This document shows positions 48,161 through 60,109 of a stretch of DNA of 64,000 nucleotides, piece after piece (positions within the stretch are counted from its first letter, which is position 1; each line of letters starts with the position of its first letter). This stretch comes from Zancudomyces culisetae HAW-14-8 (taxonomy: Eukaryota > Fungi > Kickxellomycota), in the NCBI GenBank assembly GCA_052426225.1, contig JBNJNM010000011.1:5146001-5210000 (forward strand), given 5' to 3'. The translations under genes were made by a program, and so were the position numbers. The notes beneath the pieces are model-generated. The model was not told the DNA's origin and made no database searches. It worked only from the letters and a program-made list of their open reading frames with translations.

Positions 48161-49692
48161 ATTTTGAAGCAATAGCTGCTACCGCTTTTGAGTTATGTAG
48201 TTTAATTAGAATATTTAGATAAATAAATTACATACATTAATCAACTTTTCAATTTAAGTGTGGTTTCCAATATTAACTTCAGATTGAGGTTAGAGAGATA
48301 TTTTCAAATCAATCGTTTAATTCAAAATAAATTCAATCAGGAATGTCTCAATTATCAGACACAATATTGTGTGTATTACTCTATTTATTAATCAAATAGT
48401 TTTCTAGATACTCATTTTTTTCGATTAGTTTTAAAAATAGTTTTGGACAAAACACACAAGATGTAATAATGAAGTTGGGTTCAAAATCTAGTACATAATG
48501 ACGTGCGAATTAAAAATATCAAATATAGTTTGCTTTAAAATGAAAAAAGTATATTTAAAATAAGATTTAAATTGATAATCTAGTTGTTTTAACTCAATTT
48601 CAATTATTTGAGTTAATCGGGCAGAAAATAAGTGTGGATAATTGTGTTTGTTCATCTATAATAATAAGCATAGTTTCAACCAACCAAATCAATGCTTTTA
48701 AGTTCAATATTACAGGATGAAAACAGAAATGATTTACTTGCTGAATCTATAGATTTTTGGTTCTCTTTTGACTAACACATTTTTCGAGTATAGTGAGTTT
48801 TACGGGAAAATCATGGATAAGCTTCTGGAGGGAGGAGTTAAACCTTAAGCTTTCTGGAATTATTCGGGATACTAAGACCTCTTGAGCTAAAGCAGTAGCT
48901 TCCACATGCAGGTTTCTGAACAAAGTCTTTTTCACCTTGTTACCTAGCAGTGAAAAGCATTAATTGTAGTCCCACTCCCCTTGAACCAATATCCCTCAGG
49001 TACCGAGTATTATAGAGAGTTGGAATGAAGGTGCGATGAACTTAGTTTAGTTGATTGTTATTTTTATGAACTTTTTGTCATCTAAATAAATATTACTCAG
49101 TCAGAAAAACAATATTTTGTAAATATACAATAAAAAAATTTAATTGTATTGTTATCTATATGTTCCTATTGTTCGTTTGAAGCAAATTTACAATAACTGT
49201 ATTGTACTTACAGTGCTAGAACGCTTTTCTTTTATAAAACCAATAATAATATTTGTCCTCAATTCTTTTCTTTTTTCCGGAATGCTTGTTATCATTTTAT
49301 TTATTATTTTTCTTTTATCATTTGCTCACCTTCTACAAGAGCTATGCTTCAATTGAAATTTGTCAAATATGTTGGTGTTCAGCTGTTTGTACGAGCGTGC
49401 ATTCTATTTTATGTTTAGAAATATTAAGGACGAAGGCTAGCTGTTAAACAAAATAAATCAAAACGTTCTGCATTTTCGTGGCTGTACTATAATCATAATA
49501 GTGTTTGACTAAAAATAATACTTTCACGGTTTGTTATTAGCGCAATAAACCATCAAGATGATGTTGTGGTTTATAACAAAATTTCAACCTAGAAGCACTC
49601 AAACCCAACTCCTTTACGACAAAAGCATAGTTTAAATTAGCAATAGTTGTAGTATGTTTTGGATCTTGATATTCTAAAGTGCAGAAAAAAAC

Positions 49693-49712
49693 TATATAAC
49701 AGGAATTGGTTT
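49693..49712 (+). promoter_or_regulatory. TATA box with TGGTTT element
   Basis: aaaaaacTATATAAcaggaatTGGTTT, 80 bp upstream of ATG 49773. Confidence 0.6.
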
Positions 49713-49772
49713 CTTTACCATTTTATCAGACAAACCTAACCCTCAAATTATCAACCACTCGAAAAAAGTAAA

Positions 49773-50351
49773 ATGAAATCATTAACCCTTTCCCTAACCG
49801 TATTAGCACTTTCAGCTGGAACCGCTATTGCAGGACGTAGCGGTGGTCACGGAGGACATCATGGAGGCCGCCACGGTCACGGTCACCGAGGATACAGACA
49901 CAGACACAGATACTGGAGAAATGGAATCTGGTACGATTACCCAGTTGCATACGCAGTAGCAGTACCAGTTACAGTTGAAGCCGTTGGAGCCGTCGGAGCC
50001 GTCGGAGCTGTTGGTACTACCTATGGAACTGGTGCAGCCGTCGCAACAGGATATGATAGTGGAGCTGTTGGAGCAGTTGGTGCAGTTGGAGCAGTTGGTG
50101 CTGTTGGCACTGTTGGCACTACATATGATGCTGGTGCCGTTGGAGCAGTTGGAGCTGTCAACACTGCATACGGAGCTGGTGCCGTTGGTGGAGTAGGAGT
50201 TGTTGGTGTAGAAACATACCCATCATACTACCCATTCTATGATGGCTTTTACTTTGATAGATTTGGTAGAAGACACAGACACAGACACGGTCACAGATGG
50301 CGTCACAGATGGGGTCACAGACATGGACACGGACACGGACACAGACATTAA
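49773..50351 (+). CDS. Secreted His/Arg/Gly-rich protein with (AVG)n core
   Basis: Signal peptide MKSLTLSLTVLALSAGTAIA. HG/HR repeats at both ends, Tyr/Trp-rich spacers and central GAVGAVG repeats. Synonymous codon variation within the repeats supports coding status. Confidence 0.85.
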   Translation: MKSLTLSLTVLALSAGTAIAGRSGGHGGHHGGRHGHGHRGYRHRHRYWRNGIWYDYPVAYAVAVPVTVEAVGAVGAVGAVGTTYGTGAAVATGYDSGAVGAVGAVGAVGAVGTVGTTYDAGAVGAVGAVNTAYGAGAVGGVGVVGVETYPSYYPFYDGFYFDRFGRRHRHRHGHRWRHRWGHRHGHGHGHRH

Positions 50352-52708
50352 TACAGACATTGTCACAGAATAGTTCACAGACAAGATCGTCACTAACCGG
50401 AGAAAGCGGTTATGATGGTGGTAGCATCCAAGTAATCGACACTGTTTAAATTAGAATTAATGAGTTTTGCTTTTTTTCAATCATATGCTTCCTTTTTTTA
50501 GAATGTATGTATATATTCGCACAAATAGTAAATAAAAGCTTACGAATTAATAATGTTGTTACAGGTATTTCATATACTCGATTTTTCTACAGGGTTTTGT
50601 CAATTGCTATATTGTTGTGTCGTTTGGAGAAAAGCAGTATTTCTTTTGCTCAGAATGATTTAATTATTATTTTAAACTTTCTCATAGTAAGCAAAGTGTA
50701 AATCTTTACCACCCAAAACCTTCAAGCCTTATCTGTACTATTCAATCAATATTCAACATTATCAATTTTAGTATAGTAAGATATGGAAATATTGATTTGG
50801 AAAAAAACAAATATTATTTCATACTAGCTTTATATTCTTTTTTTCAATCTGTCTCTAAAATAGTTCAATGAATCCATTAATTCAGGTATTCATATATATG
50901 AGTTGGTTCGTAATAAATATAAATTTAGATAAGGCGAATACTACAATTTTCGTGTAGTTGTCATATCTTTAGAAAAACGAGTGAGATGCAGGGTGTTGTA
51001 AAACATTTCCCTTGGAGTAGTAATTCTTGTGAAGCTTAATTTTATGAGACTAAAAAATACGTTTAGATTGATGTTTTCACAAGCCGAGTTATATAGTTGA
51101 GTTTTTTATTTGACAGGTACAATTGACCTTGAAAAGAGTAGATGAATTAACTAGATTAAGAATCTGGAAAAACTAGTAGCAGAAAAACTAGATTGTTCAG
51201 TCCGAACAACTATGCGTCAAGCTCAAAGTAACAATATTGGCATCGAACCAAGAATATACTGGTATAGGTTCGATTAAAATTACTAGCGCTGTTTTTATTT
51301 GGTCAAGTTATACTATTTATAGGCGAATGTTACCCAAGTAAATATTTTTGAAATTGAAATATATTTAGTTGGACAAAGTTAAAATCTGGTATTGTTATGC
51401 AAACCACAGATACAATTATGCCCAGCCTAGTTCAAATATTGGAAAAAAAACAAAAAAAATGAATATCGGTTTGTATACAGTTTTTAAACCTGTATACCCA
51501 GTTTTAAAAACCTAGTATTGCTATGGTAAGATGGTCAAAAAACGAGTAATTAGTTAAACATTCTATTAGAGACATAAAATGGTACTCACATAGTTGCATT
51601 CTGGTAGGTGAAATTATTCTTAATACTCAAATAAAGATAAAATTTTCATTCATACTTAATTCTGGTTGATCCTAGCAACAGTGTCATCCAGTGTTCTTTT
51701 ATACAGGGTATTCACATCAATACTTCTAACGTTGTAAAACGAGGTCGTGTGATTGTAATCATTCTATGTATTTTTGATCTGATTGCAACTTTTTGTCCAA
51801 TTTTCTGTATTGTATACGGTTTCTCGCAAAGATCAAGTTAGACCAAAGAATCTTATTTTTTTATTGCCCATGTTAATCTGACAGTTGGATCTTGAACATC
51901 GAATAACTGGTGTGCATACATTTTATTGTATTAAGTAATATATAACTATAAGTAGCTAGTGGTGTGTGTTTATAAATTTTTGTAACCTCTGCATAGCTTT
52001 TATCTTTAATTGAGTGTACCAGCGAATTAAACAGATTCGTTAAAACCGGTAATTTTGTTAATATAAACACAGTAGCATATCCAGAATCTGCCCTCTGACT
52101 CAAATAAGAAACGTTTTGTTTGCAAAATTAATTTGTCGTAATCTATTGACTCTTCTCAAGAAGCAGGCCTCAAAAACTAGATACCTATTATCAACAGCTC
52201 AACAGTGATAATCTAAATATCTGTATTTCCAAAACTCAATACTCATTCTCAGCGGATTCAAAACACAGGGAAAACCCATCTGATTTTGACCTGTTTATTA
52301 GAAATGCGAGCATAAGTAGTGGTGCTGGATTTGTTTATCCTTTGTGCAAAGATATTCAAAACATGCTAGTGCTACCCACGAGATCCTACTTCAATAGTAT
52401 TGTCATTAGCTGTCAAACTGGAGCCATCACAGATATATTTTAAATACTTTTCAAAGAATATTAGCTTAATTCTTACTTTGGCTACTACTCATACTTATAT
52501 TACAAAAAATCTACCCAATCACTATAAAAATATTATCATATCCGTTTTTGTATACCATGATCTCCATTTTAACGCAAGTTGAGTTAATTATAAAACGATT
52601 TTATTTAAAATCTGTTTTTCAGGTAATGTTTTTTTAAATCTGTAGCAAAAATTAAAGTACTATGCATCTAATGGCCTATTTGGATGAATGAAATCTATAA
52701 CCTATAAA

Positions 52709-53170
52709 TTAGGTTCTCTTAACCCTGAGCCAAGCGAATGAAATAGCTCTCCTTCCTACAACTTCGGATATATTGGAAATAGTCTTGGCTGATGATCTAC
52801 GGACTATCTGACATTTACCGGTACAATCCTTATCCCCGCAAACCAAGATTACTCCCTTTCCTGGTTTATCCAATCCACTCTTTCTTCCGACCTTGATTGA
52901 TCCGAATTTTCTTGTGTTGTAGCACTTTCCACGTCTGATACTGCGCTTTTCGTATCTGTTAACAAAATCGGCAGCCTTGTACAATCTAACAGTTGTTCTC
53001 TTGGCCTTGCAGCGACGATGCATATCGTTGAATTCACAGCCAGAGAGATTGTTGCTGTATTCGGAATTAGCAAGATCATTATTTTGATTCTGTTGGTTAC
53101 CGCTCATGTTTACTGCACTGGCTAAGGTTGAACCGAGGAGCAAAGCACTGATTAATACTGACTTGAACAT
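52709..53170 (-). CDS. Small secreted Cys-rich cationic protein, crystallin-like family, paralogue B
   Basis: Signal peptide MFKSVLISALLLGSTLA (close to paralogue A), N/Q pro-region, KR site, mature VRLYKAADF..KCY..FGSIKV..GVILVCGDKDCTGKC..ISFAW. Confidence 0.8.
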   Translation of the reverse strand: MFKSVLISALLLGSTLASAVNMSGNQQNQNNDLANSEYSNNLSGCEFNDMHRRCKAKRTTVRLYKAADFVNRYEKRSIRRGKCYNTRKFGSIKVGRKSGLDKPGKGVILVCGDKDCTGKCQIVRRSSAKTISNISEVVGRRAISFAWLRVKRT

Positions 53171-53270
53171 TTTAATTTTTTTTAGTTTTCTTTGATTTGA
53201 TTTGGGTTGCTCTGATGTATTTGCTTTTTTTCTGGTGGAATACTGCCGTGTATTTTAAATTATGTGGAGA

Positions 53271-53288
53271 AAACCATACCCTTATATA
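53271..53288 (-). promoter_or_regulatory. TATA box with N5-TGGTTT element
   Basis: Minus strand aaaagTATATAAgggtaTGGTTTtctcc, about 110 bp upstream of ATG 53170. Confidence 0.6.
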
Positions 53289-55392
53289 CTTTTGAGTGAG
53301 GAAATATTCTGATAGTTTAAATTGTTTTCACACTAATGTATGGTATAACGAACTCAAATTCTAATAATTTGTATAAACTTTAATATAATAGTAAAACTCT
53401 ATTGAAGTAAGTCCAGTTTATTAAAATTGCAGTCTAGAGTAGTAGCAATATCACAAATATATCTTTGAACACTTCTATTTTTTGCAATAATACTGCATTC
53501 TCGGTCACTTTTTACATTTAGTTTATTTGAATAAACCCATCCATAAGTTCCAGGAATATCTGTTGTTGTTGTTATGTGTATATTAGCTGAGACACACTAC
53601 TCTAGACATTTCACTAAATTAAAACCATGATGACTGAATGAAAAATCATCAATCTATTTTTTGTACTGGCTAAACGCTATCTGAGCTTCAAAAAAACCAC
53701 AAAATAAGGAAAACTCCGGTTATAGAATGAGAGTAGTAGTTAATACTCTGGCTCTTTTCCGTTTGGTGGAATCTACTCTTTATAATACAATTTTCAATGT
53801 TTTATTCATTTTATTATAGCTAGTCTAGAAAGGTGAACTTGTAGATCATTTTTTGTATTAACTTTAAAAAATAAGATAACCTAGCCAGTTTATTTATTAA
53901 AAGTCAAGAGCTACCCTATAAGCAACAGAATGAAATAAGAAGACTTTCGAGAAAATGGAGCTAGTACTTCGATACTCATTTTGGTGGGGTTTCATTTCTA
54001 CCGCAATATCATTTACTTTGCTATTGTTGGAGACTATAATTCTACTAAAAAAAGAAAGAAAAATAAAAAAAATTAGAAGAGCCGAGATTCGGTTACGTTT
54101 AAATGAGTGCTTTTGAATACTTTGGAGGGGGCAGGGTGCGTGAGAGAGCCTTGGCACTAAGTTGGTTTTTTGTTTAATTAATACTCCTTCATTACGATTT
54201 AATCTTTATTATACTTGATAAATTACATGATGAAGTAGTACTGTTTCTATACCAACGTTTATTTATCCTTTTTTAGTACTAGTACCAAAAGTATAATAAT
54301 TTGTGTCTATTTATTGCGGATAACACATAAAAATAAACACAGAAAACCTAGTAGTTAGAATAGTGCCAAAGAAAGACAGGAAAACAGTCATTGCTCAGAT
54401 CTAACTAGCCAATTCAGTAAATATATTCTTGCCAAGTTTATACTGGATGAGTGTAAAAATAACCTGCTTTCAATGGTAATGAGACGTTGATGAACTCAAC
54501 CAACTACAAAAAACTAAAAAGCATACGCTAAAAATTCAGATACATTGAGCAAGAATGATTAGTTACCTAAAATCCAGTAAAAGAAGCGGTAATATTTAGA
54601 TATTATACAAAAAGAAATAAAAAATACGTGGATGTGGTGTGCAAATTAAGTTGAATATTCATTTTAATAGTAGTTGGAGATGATAGAATTGAGGATATCG
54701 AGCATAGTGCTACCAAAGTAGTGGGGTATAGAATAAATATAGTACTAGTTATGGTTTTCTCAATAATCTTCACATATTGAAATATGTATGTAGGCGAATA
54801 AAAACAATGTTCGACAGAAAATATAGGATAAAATATTAGAATCTAGCCGTAAGTATGACAATCTTCATAATTTAAATTCCTACTATTAATGTTTTAGTCG
54901 ACTGTTGTATATCAGAATTTGTATAACGATCCCATTTCAGTTATAGAAAAGTCAAAAAAAGCTATACTAATATATTTATTCTCCACTAATGAAGGCTGTT
55001 TCGAATCCTCATCATTTTCCTCGTTTTTGGGTTTTGTTCTTCCCATATTTGGCGATATTATCGCTAAAATAGGCTAATGAGCTGTACAGAAACTGTTATT
55101 TGAAATTATTTTATTTTGCTTTTATTCTTTTTGAAATGGATTAATGCACAGTTGTATAAACACATTATGGATCAAAAAACCAAAATATATAAGATAGGTA
55201 CAATAACTGAGTTTATCTGAAGAACAGTGCAAGTTTCCAACCAAATCGTAATGGTATATTATTAAATTTTATTATGTGCTAATATTGGTAAAACTGCGGA
55301 TATAAAAACCGGTATTCACAATCTGAATTAAAGTAGCAGACTTTAAAAAAAAGATAAAGTCGATACTGAAAACTAACAGAAAAACTAAACAT

Positions 55393-56205
55393 TTATTTGC
55401 ATGGACAGGCACAACACTCGGCGGATGCTGAGGTTGCTGGGCTACTGGTTGACTTGCTTGGTGATACTGGAGTGCTAGTAGCAGCCTTTGTAGATGCAGA
55501 GGTGCTACTACCTGCGGGTGGTGGTGATGCTCCACCAGCATTGACAGTGATACTTGGTCTTGAATTTAGCAGATCAACGCCGTTTTCGTAGTTTCCATTG
55601 AATTCTGCAACTACTGGTGTTCCTGGCCCATAATTAGCTATCAACAACTTCTTTCCTGTAAAACTACCCCCATCAACTCCCTTGATAGCAATATCTGCAC
55701 AATTCATGTAATACTCGCGATTTCCGCTAGCATTTATCCATGTCCATGCAAATACTGCACTGTTACTTGATGGAAGATTAGATGGTAATGGAATATCATA
55801 TGACAATACCTCTGCATTATTTCCAGATGTCTGACCTTTAAAGAAGCAGTACCTGAGCACATCTTTGAGCACAACAAATGTCTTTCCACCATCATACGAC
55901 AGAGCAAATTGACAATGTCCACCACTATGAGCAGCACCGCCTGGCTGGAACTTGACTGTTACTGTGCTTCCAGCTGTCCATGTTTCAACATTTTTGGACG
56001 ATTTTTTATCTGTTTTACATAGTGGTTGACCGACTCCAGATGAAGTACCAATCGGTTTAGCTATATCGTAATCCACAGGATCACCAGCCGGACACAGCGA
56101 GTTGTTTGGTGATAATCTTGGACATGGTTTAATCATAGCCATGTGGGAGTATACACCTGTTGCAAATAGGGTTACGAGTACACCGAGATTGAGTTTTGAA
56201 AACAT
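55393..56205 (-). CDS. AA11-family lytic polysaccharide monooxygenase (chitin-type), secreted
   Basis: Signal peptide ending GVYS followed by His1 (HMAMIKPCPR); second brace His in GGAAHSGGHCQFALSYD; FAWTWINASGNREYYMNCADI with the axial Tyr; S/T/P linker and a Cys-rich tail. Confidence 0.9.
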   Translation of the reverse strand: MFSKLNLGVLVTLFATGVYSHMAMIKPCPRLSPNNSLCPAGDPVDYDIAKPIGTSSGVGQPLCKTDKKSSKNVETWTAGSTVTVKFQPGGAAHSGGHCQFALSYDGGKTFVVLKDVLRYCFFKGQTSGNNAEVLSYDIPLPSNLPSSNSAVFAWTWINASGNREYYMNCADIAIKGVDGGSFTGKKLLIANYGPGTPVVAEFNGNYENGVDLLNSRPSITVNAGGASPPPAGSSTSASTKAATSTPVSPSKSTSSPATSASAECCACPCK

Positions 56206-56361
56206 TTTGTGTGTTTTTACTATATGCTGTACTGTTGTTTTTTTTATTGTCAGTCGAGGTGTTTTACCTGCAGTTTCAACTTTGAAAAATATATTTTAAG
56301 ATTGCTACTATGTTATGCAAAGTATGAATGCAATTGATAAAGTACTTGAAAAATTGGAGGG

Positions 56362-56379
56362 AAACCAGGGATTTATATA
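56362..56379 (-). promoter_or_regulatory. TATA box with N5-TGGTTT element
   Basis: Minus strand aaaaaagTATATAAatcccTGGTTTccctcc, about 170 bp upstream of ATG 56205. Confidence 0.6.
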
Positions 56380-59039
56380 CTTTTTTGGTTTGAATATTCC
56401 AACTAGCTTAATACTTTATATTTTTGTTTTTTAAAGTGCGTCATAATCCGCAAATTCACACTTCAACAGTGTAAAATGACAAGTTCAAAATTATGGTGCT
56501 GTACATATTTTCCAGCTTTGCTGAGGTTTAGCAGTGGATTGGAATATATGAATTTAAGAATACTGGTATTTCCACTTAGAAAAAAACCAGTTTATGTTGG
56601 TTTAAATTATCGAATAACATAAAAATCCACATCCAAACATTCAAAGCTACCCATATTAAGGGCAGTTTGCATATCCACCCTTTTTAATATAATAAATGGT
56701 TATTCGAGTGGCTCAATGTAATTTTTTTCTAAACTTATAGCAGTTGTTCCATAAGAGTGGCATCTTAATTATCCACCAACTGTAAATAAAATGAATTGGC
56801 TTGATTTGCTTTTTATTATTTCTTGAGAATTAGTGGTCTTCCTAGCTTATGGGTTATGCACCTAACCTCTCATAAATTGTGTATTAAATTATTTGCATAA
56901 TCTATGCAGCAATTTATAATGCCCCTGTAAAGTATTGCTCAATTTATCTACTTTACATGCTCTTTTCAAGTGGCATATATTCCGGTAGAATTAAAAGGGT
57001 TTACAAAAGTAGCTGATTTATGAGTTTAGTTTTATTTTGACTAATACTATTGGGATAGGTTTGATGATTCAACACAATTCTTACCAGATTTTTGCAGAAT
57101 AGTATGTCATATCCTATATAAATGCTTATAAATTTTTTTTTCAGCATCAATCGACAGGTGGATTAGACCTTAGAAAATAGCTTCAAGCTAAATGACTACT
57201 GATTTGAACACTGCAGTCTATTATTATAACAACATACTGATCGTGGTTGGTACAGATACACTAATTTCCTCTAAATTTTACACAAAAATTCAAAGTGTTT
57301 AAATGAAAATCATTTGGGTTGTTGGTCTGATATTTTGAGTAGAGTATCCATCTCTTTGTAGATTACTAGCAATGCAAATGTCTTGATTGTACCTTATCGA
57401 CTAGATAAACGTAATTTGAAATTAACGCTAGACATATAAGTAGATATTTGAAATGGATTAACCACAACACATATAACCAATATCATACAAAGTTATGTAC
57501 TGGATGTGTAAAATGCTTCTTTTACTCTTTTAACTTTTAGCATAAATTGTTTTTTAGTAGATTTTAATTTCATATCGGAAAGAATGTTTAATATTATAGG
57601 GTTATCCCTAAAAATAATTTATTTCTATCGCACTGGAGACAAATCAATTCCAATGCCAATGATAGTTGTATACTCTCGTTTGTCCTAAAATATTTTATCT
57701 TTACTTATTTAACTAATCTGGTATGTAGTTGTAAGAAAAACACCATTCTATCAGAAAAGCACTGTTAAAATATAGATATACAACTCTAGCTATAACTAGA
57801 TATATCAATTCTTATAGTTTTTTTTTGATATTATTAGAATTTGTATGTTTCATTCGATAATAAAAATATATTTAATACCTTGTAGATTTAAAACTAATTA
57901 CAGTACCTTATACAGCTGTTGTGAACTGAAATGAGAAAAGATCCCACGGGTTTAGTTTGGGATGGTAGGATAAACGATACTTTTAAATCAAGCTTTATAT
58001 CATTATATCTAACAAGAATCAATAAAATTTATTTTTTGGTTCCAATTCTAACTCATTTTGGTACATTACTCAACATTGATAATAAAAATAATACACAAGA
58101 CCGAAATACGTTTAATTGGTATTTATTTTTTTATACAAATATTATATAAACCAGATCACATCATTCCATCATTTACCGTACATCTGTACTGGAAATAGAA
58201 AAGAAAAAACAAGTTATCAGCATACTATGCTTGTGTCTCGTTGTATTTTTTTTTTGACTATTTAAATCATGGATATAGACTAATTGCTATAATATGCTTT
58301 TTTAATTCTATTATTTGATTTTTAATAGAAATACAACATATAATGCCATGAAATTTACAGGACTGTAGTGAACCTACAACTTAAAATTTAATAGGCACAT
58401 TAAAGGTTGAAGATATAATTCTAACAAAATAAAAGGCAATAAGATCTTCTACCGAGTCAAATGAATGAACTTCAGACCAGTTAATATTCTTTGAACATGT
58501 TCCGGAAATAATAAAGACAGGAAAAAAAGTGAAGGAAAGTGGTAGTGTAGGCATGATCAAAGTTACTATCCTTAGTTTAGCTGAACATACTGAGTTTCTG
58601 ACATAGAATCGTTCAAACCAAGGTTGTTATCATAGATCTACTCAAAATAGAATATTCACTTTGAACGAACAACCAGTAGGTATGTAATCTTCTAGAAAGT
58701 CGACAAAGAATTACATAGTAGATATTATATGGGATTTTTTACCTACTAATCTTTGTGATATTTTGTAAATTTATGGCAAAGTGAAATTCATCTTTGTGTG
58801 AGCTAGTCATATTGTCAACTATGTTAAAGTTTATATGCTCATCAGTTTGGAAACAATTGATACTTTATTAAAGTATACCTCCCAAATAAATAAAAATGAC
58901 TTTTGTCGTGTGTTCTGGGTTGAATTCCAACTTAATCCGATTTCTTGGGAATATATAAATATTCAAAGGAAATTATTCAATTATCTAAAAATGAAATGAA
59001 TTTTATTTAACCATTAACAATCAAAAATATGAAGATTAT

Positions 59040-59745
59040 TTCTGATCATAAAATGAAGGAAATAGTCAGATCAAAAATCCAAGAGAAAAATTACAAAATG
59101 AAATAAGGACATAAAAAGAATTTATTATTATTAGTATATTTAATTAAATTAAAGAGTATTAAATCGACTATGAAAAATGAGTCAAACTATGAGGACGACC
59201 ACAAAGCATAATATGAAGAGATAGCGGATATATTAAATATTAATAGGATAAGATTAGTAATAGTTTTAAAATTAGCAATTAACATATATAAAAGCCAAAG
59301 AGATCTCATTAGGAGTCTCTTTAGCTCTTTTAGTAGTTTAAAACATATTCACAAAAGTAAGAAATAAAGACATTGAACAAGAAGGATTCTGTTTAATACA
59401 AGTTTATTGAAAAGTAATATAATCATATAATAGTGCTACGGCTAAAAGTTTAAAATAGTAAAAGATAAAAGTTTAAAATTACTAAAATCTCATGTCAGGT
59501 CTTATGGGTCATCTGCGCGCTGCCATCATCCAGAGATTCAAGGATGAGGGGCGGTACTCCTCGGATAGTGATCGTTCCGAAGCTACTTCTATGGAAATAG
59601 AACCGGAAGCGTCACGTGATCCATTCTCTTTTCTTGAAGGAGTGGTTCAAAGAGAGATGGATTCCATGAGAAACCCGACTAAGGAGCGTGGCCAGTCCAG
59701 CCACGTCCGACACTTTACTACCAACTAAGTTACGCTATAAAGTAA
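59040..59745 (+). mobile_element. Possible retroelement remnant (LTR-like segment, PBS-like site, truncated gag-like ORF 59492-59728)
   Basis: A-rich stretch with TATATAAAA and AATAAA, then tagtgctacggc (PBS-like but TAG rather than TGG), then an abruptly higher-GC 78-aa ORF that stops short. No RT or integrase seen. Confidence 0.3.
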
Positions 59746-59749
59746 TAAT

Positions 59750-60109
59750 TTATTCATTAGCAGCTTGACCAAATGCTACCCATTTCATTGAAAGGGGCGG
59801 TGTGGGGAGATCCAAATGGAAGTCCCAAAGACCGGTTCTTATAAAATTGGCGTTTGTTGTACATACACCACAACAGTCCTTTTCTGTACACATCAGTAGT
59901 GCTCCTGATATATCAGTGGGGTTAAGGTATTGCGCCGATCTGCCTGGTCTAACATTATAACATTGATGTTTTACCATGTGGAGTTCATCCACAACAGCAC
60001 CAGAAAATCGATAACCTTAAAATATTTTGGCGTGCAGGGTTTGGAATTTAGCATTTACTGGAAACGTGGCAACTACGGCCGCGAGAAGTGCTAGTGTTGA
60101 CTTTACCAC
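59750..60109 (-). pseudogene. Pseudogenised paralogue C of the secreted crystallin-like family
   Basis: One frame reads (V)VKSTLALLAAVVATFPVNAKFQTLHAKIF*GYRFSG..HQCYNVRPGRSAQ..GALLMCTEKDCCGVC..LSMKW. TAA at 60017-60019; the in-frame start is GTG and the overlapping ATG at 60109-60111 is out of frame. Confidence 0.8.

Noticed and set aside
53626-53684. Box C (ATGATGA) and box D (CTGA) pair suggesting a snoRNA
   Set aside because: Short, no terminal stem, and no rRNA-complementary guide that I could recognise.
60017-60019. In-frame TAA as evidence of stop-codon reassignment
   Set aside because: TAA terminates many intact genes in this window, and the same gene also has a damaged start codon.
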